From the IMG/VR virus record IMGVR_UViG_3300045988_167100: a stretch of 38,532 nt of DNA; one strand, 5' to 3'. The notes beneath the pieces were generated by a model that made no database searches, was not told the origin of the DNA, and was given only the letters and a program-made list of their open reading frames with translations. Each line of letters starts with the position of its first letter. The stretch's first letter is position 1. The translations under genes and the position numbers were made by a program. This stretch comes from a virus. This document shows, one piece after another, positions 6,742 to 15,390 of the stretch.

Positions 6742-6991
6742 AACATGGTTCAAGATTTACCACAAATTTTTAAAGCAGATAAAAGTTGATGAATCAATAA
6801 AGGCAGAATATGTAGAGGAATACCGGCACGAATTAGAAGGAATGCTCACGCTGATGTCTGGCATGAAAGTGATCACAGATGAAGAATGCGAGACCATGTG
6901 TAAAGAAGTCGAGGAAGAATTTAACACAGAAAAGCTGTATGGCTTCAGATACCGTATGAGAACGGAGGTGTTCCATGCTGACCGTGACTGA
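6698..6991 (+). CDS. Hypothetical protein (97 aa)
   Basis: GGAGGA RBS. Overlapping early gene string. Confidence 0.6.
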   Translation: MEQKATQEKMIAEYRTWFKIYHKFLKQIKVDESIKAEYVEEYRHELEGMLTLMSGMKVITDEECETMCKEVEEEFNTEKLYGFRYRMRTEVFHADRD

Positions 6992-7241
6992 GGTTGTGGA
7001 AAAGATCTTCAAACAGCCGGATATATTCAACAGCGAGATGACAGCAGGCGAGTACTGCAAGGCAAAGTGGACTTACATAAACACAGTGTTTGTTGCCGGC
7101 TTCATTGAGATGGACAGGGAAGCACTGGACAGGCTCTTAGAGATGTTCAACGAGAAAAAAGTGAAGGAAGCATTCAGGAAAGCAGGTGGACCAGATGATA
7201 CAGGATGCAGACCTAAAAGGAAAACTGATCCTGCAGGCTGA
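6975..7241 (+). CDS. Hypothetical protein (88 aa)
   Basis: ACGGAGGTG RBS. Confidence 0.6.
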   Translation: MLTVTEVVEKIFKQPDIFNSEMTAGEYCKAKWTYINTVFVAGFIEMDREALDRLLEMFNEKKVKEAFRKAGGPDDTGCRPKRKTDPAG

Positions 7242-7509
7242 CATATTCCAGCATCATTACAGAAAAAAGGAATATGCAGAAGCAAAGCTGATAAGGGAAA
7301 GGGCAGGGATAGTCGCAGTGTTCATACGGCTGCCGGAGAAAGAGCGCACAGAGCTTTTTGGAGACAGGCAGGGAGACGAACCGGTAGAAGGATTGTTTGA
7401 TGAAGAGAAATGCATTAAGGCGGGATTTGAGAGCATTAAGAGAGGCTTTGACATGCAGAGGATGACATATGAGGATGTCATGGCATTGGTAAAAAGAAAA
7501 AGCGATTAA
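7186..7509 (+). CDS. Hypothetical protein (107 aa)
   Basis: ORF with an AGGTGG-like RBS. The start is uncertain. Confidence 0.5.
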   Translation: MDQMIQDADLKGKLILQADIFQHHYRKKEYAEAKLIRERAGIVAVFIRLPEKERTELFGDRQGDEPVEGLFDEEKCIKAGFESIKRGFDMQRMTYEDVMALVKRKSD

Positions 7510-7541
7510 GAAACGGCCATTTCTTAATCGCAGGAGTTTTT
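7504..7541 (+). terminator. 10 bp perfect hairpin gattaagaaa-cggcca-tttcttaatc, with a T-run 7 nt further on
   Basis: Overlaps the stop of the 7186 gene. The U-tract is not contiguous with the stem, so terminator function is uncertain. Confidence 0.4.
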
Positions 7542-7668
7542 GTTAGGACACATAAACTCTATATTTATATTACCACAAAAAGCCTGAAAATGCAAGGAAA
7601 ACGGGGATTTTCGCCCGGTCTATTTAACAATATAAGTATATTAAACTTAGAAACATTTAGAGGTAGAC

Positions 7669-8469
7669 ATGTATTGGAAGGACACATATGAGTTTTTAAA
7701 CAGCAATGACATTGAGTATAAATGGGAGGGAAAATACGGAGCGAAGGGAGAGAAGAGACAGAAAAAGAAGAAAGCCACCCCGGAGCAGATAAAAAAGCAG
7801 AACCAGTGGAAGAAAGAGAGAGAAGTGTGGAGAAAGATCAGATGGAATTTCTATGAAGGTGATCTTTGGACAACACTGACTTTCCTAGAAGGCACAAGAA
7901 TGTCATTGCAGGAGATAAAAAAGATAATGACTAATTTCTGGCAGAACATGAGAAGGGCGTACAAAAAGAGGGGGAAACAGCTTTTATGGATCATGCGTAT
8001 CGAGATAGGAAAAAAAGGCGGAATACATATACACATTATAATCAACAAGATACGAGGAGAGCCGGCAACGAGTGAATTGATTCAGAGGTACTGGAAGAAA
8101 CACGGATATGTGAATTTCACACCGTTATATGAGGATGGAGATTTCAGGCGTCTGGCAAATTATATAACAAAGCCACTGCCGGACGAAAATGAGGATGGAT
8201 ACGAGCAGTTATCGCTATTCACACCGGAGGAGAAAAAAGAATGTTCCACATATTCATGTTCAAAAAATCTGGTCACAAAAGAACCGGAACGAAAAAAGTA
8301 CTACAGATGGACGGTCAGAAAAATCATAAAAAATGGACCAGAGCCGACACCGGGATATTACATCGATCCGGAAAGCGTGGTGTGCGGAGTTAATAAATAC
8401 ACAGGCTTATCTTATCTGCGTTACACGGAGATAAGAATAAAACCATTGGAAAGAGGCGACAGCGGATGA
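7669..8469 (+). CDS. HUH-superfamily rolling-circle replication initiator (Rep)
   Basis: Three ordered motifs: LWTTLTF (motif I), GGIHIHIIIN (HUH, motif II), LANYITKPL (YxxK catalytic Tyr, motif III). Basic N-terminus. Confidence 0.7.
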   Translation: MYWKDTYEFLNSNDIEYKWEGKYGAKGEKRQKKKKATPEQIKKQNQWKKEREVWRKIRWNFYEGDLWTTLTFLEGTRMSLQEIKKIMTNFWQNMRRAYKKRGKQLLWIMRIEIGKKGGIHIHIIINKIRGEPATSELIQRYWKKHGYVNFTPLYEDGDFRRLANYITKPLPDENEDGYEQLSLFTPEEKKECSTYSCSKNLVTKEPERKKYYRWTVRKIIKNGPEPTPGYYIDPESVVCGVNKYTGLSYLRYTEIRIKPLERGDSG

Positions 8470-8909
8470 AAGAAGTGAGCATTTACATAGTGACCGGGAT
8501 CAGGGGCAGATGGCAGCAGGACGGACATATAGGATATGCGCTTGAATACTATAAGGAAAACTGCAAGTACCCGGCGGTGATAAGGGAAGTTGTACCGGTG
8601 TAACAGATGAATGAGAACCGATCGACACTGGAAGCCCTGATCATGGCACTGCACCGGATGCGGGAAAAATGTATACTGACCGTCTACACGGAATCCAAGT
8701 ACCTCTACAACGGATATGAGGATGCAGAGTATGTAAAACGCTGGAAGAAAAACGACTGGACGAGGTCGGACGGTCACGAGATAAAGAACCGGGACAAGTG
8801 GCAGGAACTGGACAGGCTCATGCAGGGCAATCTTGTTCGGATTCTGCTGAACGAGACAAACGCTTATACCGAGAGTTTACGGCAAGAAATCAAAATGAAG
8901 GAGAGATAA
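8466..8909 (+). pseudogene. RNase H-like gene interrupted by an in-frame TAA (8601..8603)
   Basis: 8466..8600 (MKEVSIYIVTGIRG...GYAL) and 8607..8909 (NRSTLEALIMAL...TESKYLYNG...WKKNDW...IKNRDKWQEL) are in the same frame. Together they follow the RNase HI fold order, but the first catalytic Asp is absent and TDS is replaced by TES. Confidence 0.55.
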
Positions 8910-8912
8910 ATT

Positions 8913-9428
8913 ATGGCATTATTTGAAAGATTTGGAGAATTTGACTCCGTGGAAGAATTAAATATGACCGCAGAGGGATTAAAGGAAGAGGGAGACCTTG
9001 AAAGCCTTAAAGTGCTGGCAGTGGAGAATGGACTGGACGAAGCGGATGCAGAGGATTATGCAGCAGGAGACGTGGAAGAATTGGCGAGCAAGCAGATGGC
9101 AGCAATCGGGAAATTAAAGGTGGAAAGTGAAGAATTGAAGATTGCAGGCATCATGGAAGACTGGAAAGATACTGTGGCAGAAGAATGTGTAGAAAATGAA
9201 GCTTTATGTGCAGCAGTCAGAAAAAAGGATAAAAGTTTAAAAGAATTCATGGCGAAGCTGATACAGTTTGCTTTTGAGAACAAGGTACAGGTAAATGATG
9301 AAATCATTAAGATTACAAAAGTAAATCATAATGGAAAGCTGGAAAATTTCAGAGGTCCGCTTTACCTTGGCATACCAAACAGGGCACAGGTAAGAGATAT
9401 AGCCAGAAAATATTACTTAGGAGAATAA
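8913..9428 (+). CDS. Acidic hypothetical protein (171 aa)
   Basis: ORF with a GGAGAG RBS. No recognisable motif. Confidence 0.6.
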   Translation: MALFERFGEFDSVEELNMTAEGLKEEGDLESLKVLAVENGLDEADAEDYAAGDVEELASKQMAAIGKLKVESEELKIAGIMEDWKDTVAEECVENEALCAAVRKKDKSLKEFMAKLIQFAFENKVQVNDEIIKITKVNHNGKLENFRGPLYLGIPNRAQVRDIARKYYLGE

Positions 9429-9432
9429 AAAG

Positions 9433-9981
9433 ATGCTTGCTTATAAAGGATTTCATAGTGATCTCACCTGCACAATGGGAAAAGGAACATTCCAGTATAA
9501 GCAGGGAGTGAAGTATACAGAAGAAAGTGCACACTGCGGACGGGACGGATTCCACGCAACAGATAACCCACTGGGAGTATTGAGTTATTATGATAAGCCG
9601 GATGACCGTTATTTTCTGGTAGAACTTGGAGGAAACATTGACGAGGATGGTGTCAACAGCAGGATATCAGCACCGGAGATCACTCTGTTGAGAGAGATAT
9701 CAAAAGCAGAGATGTACACGAGAGGACTTATCTGGATGTCGCAGCATCCAAAAGCAGAAGATGATTCAGTTGTTAGAAAAGACAAAGGAAATGCGGCAGG
9801 GACAGGTCATGTGCTCGTAAGAGGAAAACACCCAAAGGCAAAGGGAAAGAAGGGCGATATGCTTTACATTGCCAAAGAAGACAGCAATGGAGAGATAACA
9901 GACGCCGGAGTATTTGAAGTGGGAACGGACGGAATTGAAGAAAATGTATTTTATGGCGTAGATGGGAAGGTGGCAGAATGA
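9433..9981 (+). CDS. Conserved phage/plasmid hypothetical protein (182 aa)
   Basis: N-terminal AYKGFHSDLTC...GFHATDNPL pattern, recalled from Firmicutes mobile-element proteins of unknown function. Confidence 0.55.
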   Translation: MLAYKGFHSDLTCTMGKGTFQYKQGVKYTEESAHCGRDGFHATDNPLGVLSYYDKPDDRYFLVELGGNIDEDGVNSRISAPEITLLREISKAEMYTRGLIWMSQHPKAEDDSVVRKDKGNAAGTGHVLVRGKHPKAKGKKGDMLYIAKEDSNGEITDAGVFEVGTDGIEENVFYGVDGKVAE

Positions 9982-12143
9982 ATAAAAAAGAACTGGAAAA
10001 GCTCCGGACACTGAACGCGACAAAGAGCATGATAGACGCATTGAAAATGCCGGGCGAAAAGAAAGATTGGTCTAAAAAAGTACATGAATACAAGTATTGG
10101 GTAGCTGCAAGATGTCAACAGTTAGACGGAATATTAAAAGTCTCAATCTGCACGAGAGAGGATATCGAGAAGGATATCTTGAAACCAAAATGGGATATTT
10201 TCATCAATTATGAGGGAGAAAGCTATATCACAAGAGAGAGACAGGAAGACGGAACGTATAAGTGGCGTACAGCAATGATCGGTAACTTGGAAGAAGGCTA
10301 CTGGTATAACAGTGAATACGATACATACATGTATTTTAATGCCGGGGGCTTATATACGATAAAAAAACTGCTTAAAACCAAGCAGGCAGGAAGTGCCGGG
10401 ATTATGGAATGGCAGCAGGGGTGCAAAAGAAGACGGGAAGATAAGAGGATAAATGAGCAGATAGACAAGTGGGATGAAGTAATGAAACCGATAGGAGAAC
10501 CACCGAAAGGTTTTAGAGACTGGTATCAGCACAACGGATTTGATGGAAGCAATTTTATCTACTATAAGGGTGCAGGGGTAAAGACGGGATACTGTACATC
10601 ATGTCTGAAGACAGTGCCACTTAAAATAATGCCAAAACACAATATGCAGGGAAAATGCCCGGTATGCCATAAGCTTGTAACTTATATCTCACGCGCAAAA
10701 AAAAGAAACGACATAAGAACGAGAGACAAAGCGTTTACCTGCATCCAGCGGTATAAAGATGGACTTATCCAGCGTAGGTTTGTAGCAGGGCGAAGGGATG
10801 TAAAAGACACTAAAAATGTAAATGAGTGTAAATTCTGGGAAATAGAGACACACAGACAGATTGTACGGGAAAACGAAATCAAAATCTATGAATACGGAGA
10901 GTATAAGAGACGGAGAACATGCTGGTATGCGATAAATATAGATTTTATACCAACAGATAATACGAGAATATATACAAGAAATATTTCGAGTGTTTTCAAA
11001 ACTTCAAAGTCATCCTATCCAATTGCAGCAAAAAGTGGATGTTCAGAGGATGTAGGGCGTTATCTGGTGATGGAGAAAAAGAGACCGCTGATAGAAATGT
11101 GCATGAAAGCAGGACTTACAGAGCTTGGAAAATATATATTGAGCGACTGGGCGTACAAAGAAACACAGAAAAATGAAAATGCGCATGAACTTGGAAAGAT
11201 GCTCTGCATTGATAAGGGGAGGTTAAAAAGACTAAAGGATATAAATGGGGACGGAAAGATTTTGAGGTGGATGCAGGAAGAAAAGAGAAACAACACCGTA
11301 TACCAGGATGAGGACATCATGACCTTATGCGAGGCAGACATCTACCCGGAAGACACAAAACGCAAAAATCCTTTTCAATATCTGTCCATGCATAAAGTCT
11401 GCAACTACCTGAGAAAGCAGCAGGAGTACAGAAGATTACTTGGAAGAAAAGAGAATATGCGTTATCTGTGGAGTGACTGGTGCGATTATGTGGACATGAT
11501 GCAGAAAATGAAAATGGACTGCACGGTAGAACTGCTTTTAAAACCGAAAGACCTCACAGTGGCACACAATGAACTGGTGGCGAGGATATCACTTAAGGAT
11601 TCAGCAAAAGAGATCCGGGAAAAGGAAAAGAAATTCAAAAATGCCAAGAGCCTGGTAGAATCCGGAGAACTTACAAAATATGAATACAGTGAAGGCAGGT
11701 ACTGTATCGTTGCTCCAAAAAGTATTAAGGACATTTACGAGGAAGGAATTGTATTAAAGCACTGTATTCACACATGTGATATTTATTTTCAGAGAATGGA
11801 TATCAGGGAAACATACCTGCTGTTTTTGAGAAGGGCAGCAAGACCGGATGTACCGTGGTACACGCTGGAGATTGAGCCGGGAGGAAATATAAGACAGAAA
11901 AAGTCAGTGCTGAATGAGGCATATAAAGATCTTGATGATGCACTTCCGTTTTTGAGAAAGTGGCAGCAGTGGGTAAAGAAAAATCTATCGGCAGAAGATA
12001 AAAAACTGGCAGAAAAGAGCGACAAGGCAAGAAAAGATGGATATAAGCAGTTAAGAGAAGAAAAGAAGCTGATCTGGCATGGAAGATTACAGGGAACCTT
12101 GCTGGTGGATGCACTGGAAAATGATTTTATGGAGGCAATGTGA
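9978..12143 (+). CDS. PcfJ-like domain protein with internal zinc ribbon (721 aa)
   Basis: C-terminal EEGIVLKHCIHTCDIYFQRM...YLLFLRR...PWYTLEI resembles the PcfJ-like family signature (EG..L.HC). CTSC...CPVC zinc ribbon. Confidence 0.6.
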   Translation: MNKKELEKLRTLNATKSMIDALKMPGEKKDWSKKVHEYKYWVAARCQQLDGILKVSICTREDIEKDILKPKWDIFINYEGESYITRERQEDGTYKWRTAMIGNLEEGYWYNSEYDTYMYFNAGGLYTIKKLLKTKQAGSAGIMEWQQGCKRRREDKRINEQIDKWDEVMKPIGEPPKGFRDWYQHNGFDGSNFIYYKGAGVKTGYCTSCLKTVPLKIMPKHNMQGKCPVCHKLVTYISRAKKRNDIRTRDKAFTCIQRYKDGLIQRRFVAGRRDVKDTKNVNECKFWEIETHRQIVRENEIKIYEYGEYKRRRTCWYAINIDFIPTDNTRIYTRNISSVFKTSKSSYPIAAKSGCSEDVGRYLVMEKKRPLIEMCMKAGLTELGKYILSDWAYKETQKNENAHELGKMLCIDKGRLKRLKDINGDGKILRWMQEEKRNNTVYQDEDIMTLCEADIYPEDTKRKNPFQYLSMHKVCNYLRKQQEYRRLLGRKENMRYLWSDWCDYVDMMQKMKMDCTVELLLKPKDLTVAHNELVARISLKDSAKEIREKEKKFKNAKSLVESGELTKYEYSEGRYCIVAPKSIKDIYEEGIVLKHCIHTCDIYFQRMDIRETYLLFLRRAARPDVPWYTLEIEPGGNIRQKKSVLNEAYKDLDDALPFLRKWQQWVKKNLSAEDKKLAEKSDKARKDGYKQLREEKKLIWHGRLQGTLLVDALENDFMEAM

Positions 12144-13477
12144 TGAACGAAGTGATCGAATACAGAAATTATGCAGAATACAAGCAGGAGCTTGACACAG
12201 AGTTAAAAAAGACCGCGGAGGGATTTGTCCGTATCGGATATCTGTTAAAAGTGGCGCGCGATACCAGAATTTTAGCGGAATCCGGCTATCAGAATGTCGT
12301 AGAATTTGCAAAGGCAGAATACGGGATCGATAAGACGCAGGTATCCAGATTCATGAACATCAATGACAAGTTTTCCGAGGGCGGATACGCACCGGAACTC
12401 AAAGCAGAATATCAGGGATTTGGATATGCCAAATTATCGATCATGCTGTCACTGCCGGATGAAGTAAACGAGGTACTGACACAGGATCTGAGCAAGTCAG
12501 AGATCCAGCAGCTTAAAGAAGACGTGGACGAGGAGAAAAAGACCACAGATATAGAGGTCATGCTGGAAGAAAAGGACAGCGTGCAGCAGTCACTTGATAC
12601 AAACCTTGAAAAGACCATGTATCAGTTAGGTAAAGATGCACCGGAAATATACGAAAAGCTGTGGACTTCTGCTGTTAAGAATGGAGAGACAGGAAAACAC
12701 TTCATTGAGAACCTCATACCGAATGAAAAAGCAGTCTACACGATCCGTATTCCAGGAGTGGGAGCACATATGCTTGCGATCACAGAAAACAGTGATGAAG
12801 TGAAACTTTTAAATCTGCGAGATGCGAGCCAGAACGAGAGATACAGTAAAGAGGATATTGAAAAGGCATTTGGGAAGATCAGCCATGCAGCAGGAACATG
12901 GAGAGAGTCCTGGGAAAAGGAATACGGCGAGAAATTACCGGAAGAAAAAGGAAAAGTTGCACCGGTACAACCGAAATCAGCACCAAGGAAAGAGAGCAAA
13001 GTTATCTCAACGATTAAAAAGAAGGATGACGTGCAGCAGACAGCTGAACCACCGAAAGAGCAGACACTTCATGATGTTAATCCGGAGATTCCAAAGCCAG
13101 ATCCGAAGAATACAGAGGAAAATGTAACAGATCCTGTTATAAATGACAGCGAAACTAACAAAAATGTTGTAAATTTACCGGAAAACGTTTCAAAACCGGA
13201 AGAAAGCGTATCAGAACAGGGAGAAAACGTACCAGAGGAGCAGATACCGGGACAGGACGACATCATGAACCACCCGGAATATTTACCGGAAAAGAAAACA
13301 GAAAAGCAGATCATTGAGGATGCCAAGAGAACGGTTGAAGCTATCCGCTTAACTCTAAATGACTGGGAATATACGATACCACAGGGAATGCTGGCAACCA
13401 TATTAGATCGTGTTGAATATTTAAAAGATACATTACAGGAGCTGGTCAAAGGAGATGCCGATGAGGATGATGTTTAG
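12140..13477 (+). CDS. Hypothetical DNA-binding-like protein with a long acidic, Pro/Glu-rich tail (445 aa)
   Basis: Helical N-terminal ~110 aa (GFVRIGYLLKVARD...EFAKAEYGIDKTQVSRFMN, HTH-like). Contains palindrome variant 12955..12972. Confidence 0.5.
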   Translation: MMNEVIEYRNYAEYKQELDTELKKTAEGFVRIGYLLKVARDTRILAESGYQNVVEFAKAEYGIDKTQVSRFMNINDKFSEGGYAPELKAEYQGFGYAKLSIMLSLPDEVNEVLTQDLSKSEIQQLKEDVDEEKKTTDIEVMLEEKDSVQQSLDTNLEKTMYQLGKDAPEIYEKLWTSAVKNGETGKHFIENLIPNEKAVYTIRIPGVGAHMLAITENSDEVKLLNLRDASQNERYSKEDIEKAFGKISHAAGTWRESWEKEYGEKLPEEKGKVAPVQPKSAPRKESKVISTIKKKDDVQQTAEPPKEQTLHDVNPEIPKPDPKNTEENVTDPVINDSETNKNVVNLPENVSKPEESVSEQGENVPEEQIPGQDDIMNHPEYLPEKKTEKQIIEDAKRTVEAIRLTLNDWEYTIPQGMLATILDRVEYLKDTLQELVKGDADEDDV

Positions 13478-13583
13478 GATCAGGCTTTTCTTATGGGCGG
13501 CATGGGTGAGGATACCGAAGCCGTGGAAAAAAAGAAAATACAATAAAATATTTGAGCAGATGCAGCAGGCGGTGAAGAAATGA
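13467..13583 (+). CDS. Possible 38 aa basic peptide bridging two genes
   Basis: The ATGATG overlaps the end of the 12140 gene, and its TGA overlaps the ATG of the HNH gene (ATGA). Confidence 0.3.
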   Translation: MMFRIRLFLWAAWVRIPKPWKKRKYNKIFEQMQQAVKK

Positions 13584-13948
13584 GGAAAAGCAAAAAAAAT
13601 AAGGTCAACTACAATTTTCCAAAAGAAACCTGTGAACTGATTGCAGAACGGGATGGTAATGAGTGCCTGTTCTGTAACATGCAGTACCACATGGATAAGT
13701 GCAGATCAGAAATGCTTTTAGGGATACCGGATATCATGCATTACATAAATAAGAGCCAGGGCGGACTTGGTATTGAGGAAAATGGTGTGCTTGGATGCAG
13801 ATTTCATCACGGACTGCTGGATAACGGCAACTTAGGACTCCGGCCGGAAATGTTAGAGATCATGAAAGAGCACCTTATGCAGCAGTATCCGGACTGGTCA
13901 GAAGATGGGCTTGTCTATAAAAAATGGGATTTTCCAACTTTTGAATAA
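13580..13948 (+). CDS. HNH endonuclease
   Basis: CLFC...MHYINKSQGG...NGVLGCRFHHGLLDNG fits the HNH beta-beta-alpha metal finger. Confidence 0.75.
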   Translation: MRKSKKNKVNYNFPKETCELIAERDGNECLFCNMQYHMDKCRSEMLLGIPDIMHYINKSQGGLGIEENGVLGCRFHHGLLDNGNLGLRPEMLEIMKEHLMQQYPDWSEDGLVYKKWDFPTFE

Positions 13949-13975
13949 TATATCACGTAACTGTCAACAGAGGAT

Positions 13976-14004
13976 TTCCGGAAGCGTAGCTGGGGCTTCC
14001 GGAA
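13976..14004 (+). other. 10 bp perfect GC-rich hairpin ttccggaagc-(9 nt)-gcttccggaa
   Basis: Intergenic, no U-tract. Directly precedes the RBS of the 14017 gene. Confidence 0.5.
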
Positions 14005-14016
14005 GAAAGGAGAATT

Positions 14017-14169
14017 ATGAAACAGCCAAGTAAACCGACAAGAGCACAGAAAGTGATTATTTCTGCACACAAACTAAGAACGGAAAACTGGATGGTCGTA
14101 TACGAGAGCAAGGACACATTGGAAGTCATCAGTAAAAAGACATCCATGCGGAAGGTTTTGAATAAGTGA
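14017..14169 (+). CDS. Hypothetical protein (50 aa)
   Basis: GAAAGGAG RBS. Hand translation MKQPSKPTRAQKVIISAHKL... Confidence 0.5.
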   Translation: MKQPSKPTRAQKVIISAHKLRTENWMVVYESKDTLEVISKKTSMRKVLNK

Positions 14170-14178
14170 GGCGGAATC

Positions 14179-14415
14179 ATGCAAAAGAAATGTAAATATT
14201 GTGGGAAAGAATTTGACGCTACGAAATCAAAGCGTCTGTATTGCAGTGATAAGTGTAAAAAGAGTAGATGGAGAGAAAAGGATAAAAAGAGGAAATACGG
14301 TGTGCATATGGAAAATCCGAATGCAGCAGTCGTTGATATAGTGGTAAAGGCAAGGGAAGCCGGTATGACATACGGACAGTATGTAGCGAAGATGGGAGAC
14401 ACGGATCATGCGTAA
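14179..14415 (+). CDS. Small zinc-ribbon protein (78 aa)
   Basis: CKYCGKEF...YCSDKCKK motif. Confidence 0.6.
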   Translation: MQKKCKYCGKEFDATKSKRLYCSDKCKKSRWREKDKKRKYGVHMENPNAAVVDIVVKAREAGMTYGQYVAKMGDTDHA

Positions 14416-14602
14416 AAACACAAAAAAATATAAAAGAGAGCTTGCAGCAGCAAAAGCAGATATCAAGAGATTACTCACTGAGGAACATTTACCATGTGAA
14501 TTTTGCAGATATGAGGCACAAATGGATGTATCATGCACGCAGGGCGATAAAGAATGGTGCAGACAGCATGCAGTTTGGAAAGGCGATAAGCAGTTAAATT
14601 AG
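14408..14602 (+). CDS. Hypothetical Cys-containing protein (64 aa)
   Basis: ORF overlapping the upstream stop. Confidence 0.5.
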   Translation: MRKNTKKYKRELAAAKADIKRLLTEEHLPCEFCRYEAQMDVSCTQGDKEWCRQHAVWKGDKQLN

Positions 14603-14622
14603 AATTTAGGAGAAGATTGTAT

Positions 14623-14895
14623 ATGGAAAAAGAAAAAATAAAATGGCTGGAATGGAGTGGAAATGTTGAAGAATGGGGCAAGATAGAATGCCCGATGCTA
14701 GGAAATGAATGGGTAATGACGTATTACCCAAAAGGTACGCCTTGCTATTATTCTTACACTGCTCCTTTTATTGATGAAAGCGGAGACGTATGCTACTACA
14801 GATTTGACCATGACGAAGGATGCTGGGAGGAAGATGTTATTTATACCATATGTCAAAGTGAAGAGTATCAAGAGAGCATGATTTTTAAGATGTAA
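14623..14895 (+). CDS. Hypothetical protein (90 aa)
   Basis: ATG 10 nt after TAGGAGAAG. The maximal ORF starts at TTG 14617. Confidence 0.55.
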   Translation: MEKEKIKWLEWSGNVEEWGKIECPMLGNEWVMTYYPKGTPCYYSYTAPFIDESGDVCYYRFDHDEGCWEEDVIYTICQSEEYQESMIFKM

Positions 14896-14930
14896 ACTGA
14901 ACATATTTAGAATTTATAGCAGGAGAAGAT

Positions 14931-15131
14931 ATGGGAAAATTAATTAATAAACAGGATACAATTGATAAAATAAAAAAAGAAACTCTTATAAATTATTCCG
15001 TTGCCGTAATGGCAGAGGTTGCGGAACGTGCTAAACAGGAAGATGCACCAATTTATGAAGGAGATAAGGAAGTTGACCAATGGGTGCGTTTATCAGATGT
15101 AGAAGAAGCAATTAATAAGTATTTAAACTGA
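14931..15131 (+). CDS. Hypothetical protein (66 aa)
   Basis: GCAGGAGAAGAT-ATG RBS. Confidence 0.55.
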   Translation: MGKLINKQDTIDKIKKETLINYSVAVMAEVAERAKQEDAPIYEGDKEVDQWVRLSDVEEAINKYLN

Positions 15132-15150
15132 ACTTTAGGAGGTTAAGAAC

Positions 15151-15303
15151 ATGAGAAATTTGATTGACGCATTAAAAAGATTTGACAGTTTAGAAACAGT
15201 GATTGCAGAACTGGAAGTGTATGCTAAAGAAAGTGAAGCAGAAATTACGGTTGAGGATTTGGCGGATTATCTGAAAGATGAAGCTGATTATGCAAATGAA
15301 TAA
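15151..15303 (+). CDS. Hypothetical acidic protein (50 aa)
   Basis: TAGGAGG RBS. Hand translation MRNLIDALKRFDSLETVIAELE... Confidence 0.5.
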   Translation: MRNLIDALKRFDSLETVIAELEVYAKESEAEITVEDLADYLKDEADYANE

Positions 15304-15341
15304 TGTGTGGAAAACTGAACATGATAGAAGTATAAAAGGTA

Positions 15342-15370
15342 TTGAATATAATGAAAGAACATTATATAAT
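15342..15370 (+). promoter_or_regulatory. Moron promoter TTGAAT-17-TATAAT
   Basis: TTGAAT 15342..15347, 17 nt spacer, TATAAT 15365..15370. About 20 nt upstream of the 15391 start. Confidence 0.7.
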
Positions 15371-15390
15371 TTTCACACGAGGTGAAGATT

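Noticed and set aside
8601-8603. Genome-wide stop-codon reassignment (alternative genetic code), suggested by the in-frame TAA.
   Set aside because: It is the only interrupted gene. The terminase, portal, capsid, tape measure and lysin genes are all intact under the standard code, and TAA is used as a normal stop elsewhere.
13953-14402. 149 aa minus-strand ORF, and similar long antisense ORFs (for example 8421..8777, 21242..21679, 22809..23216, 28292..28865, 34884..35420).
   Set aside because: They lie antisense to well-supported + strand genes, lack RBSs, and have low-complexity Ser/Leu/Phe/Cys-rich translations typical of the reverse frame of purine-rich coding DNA.
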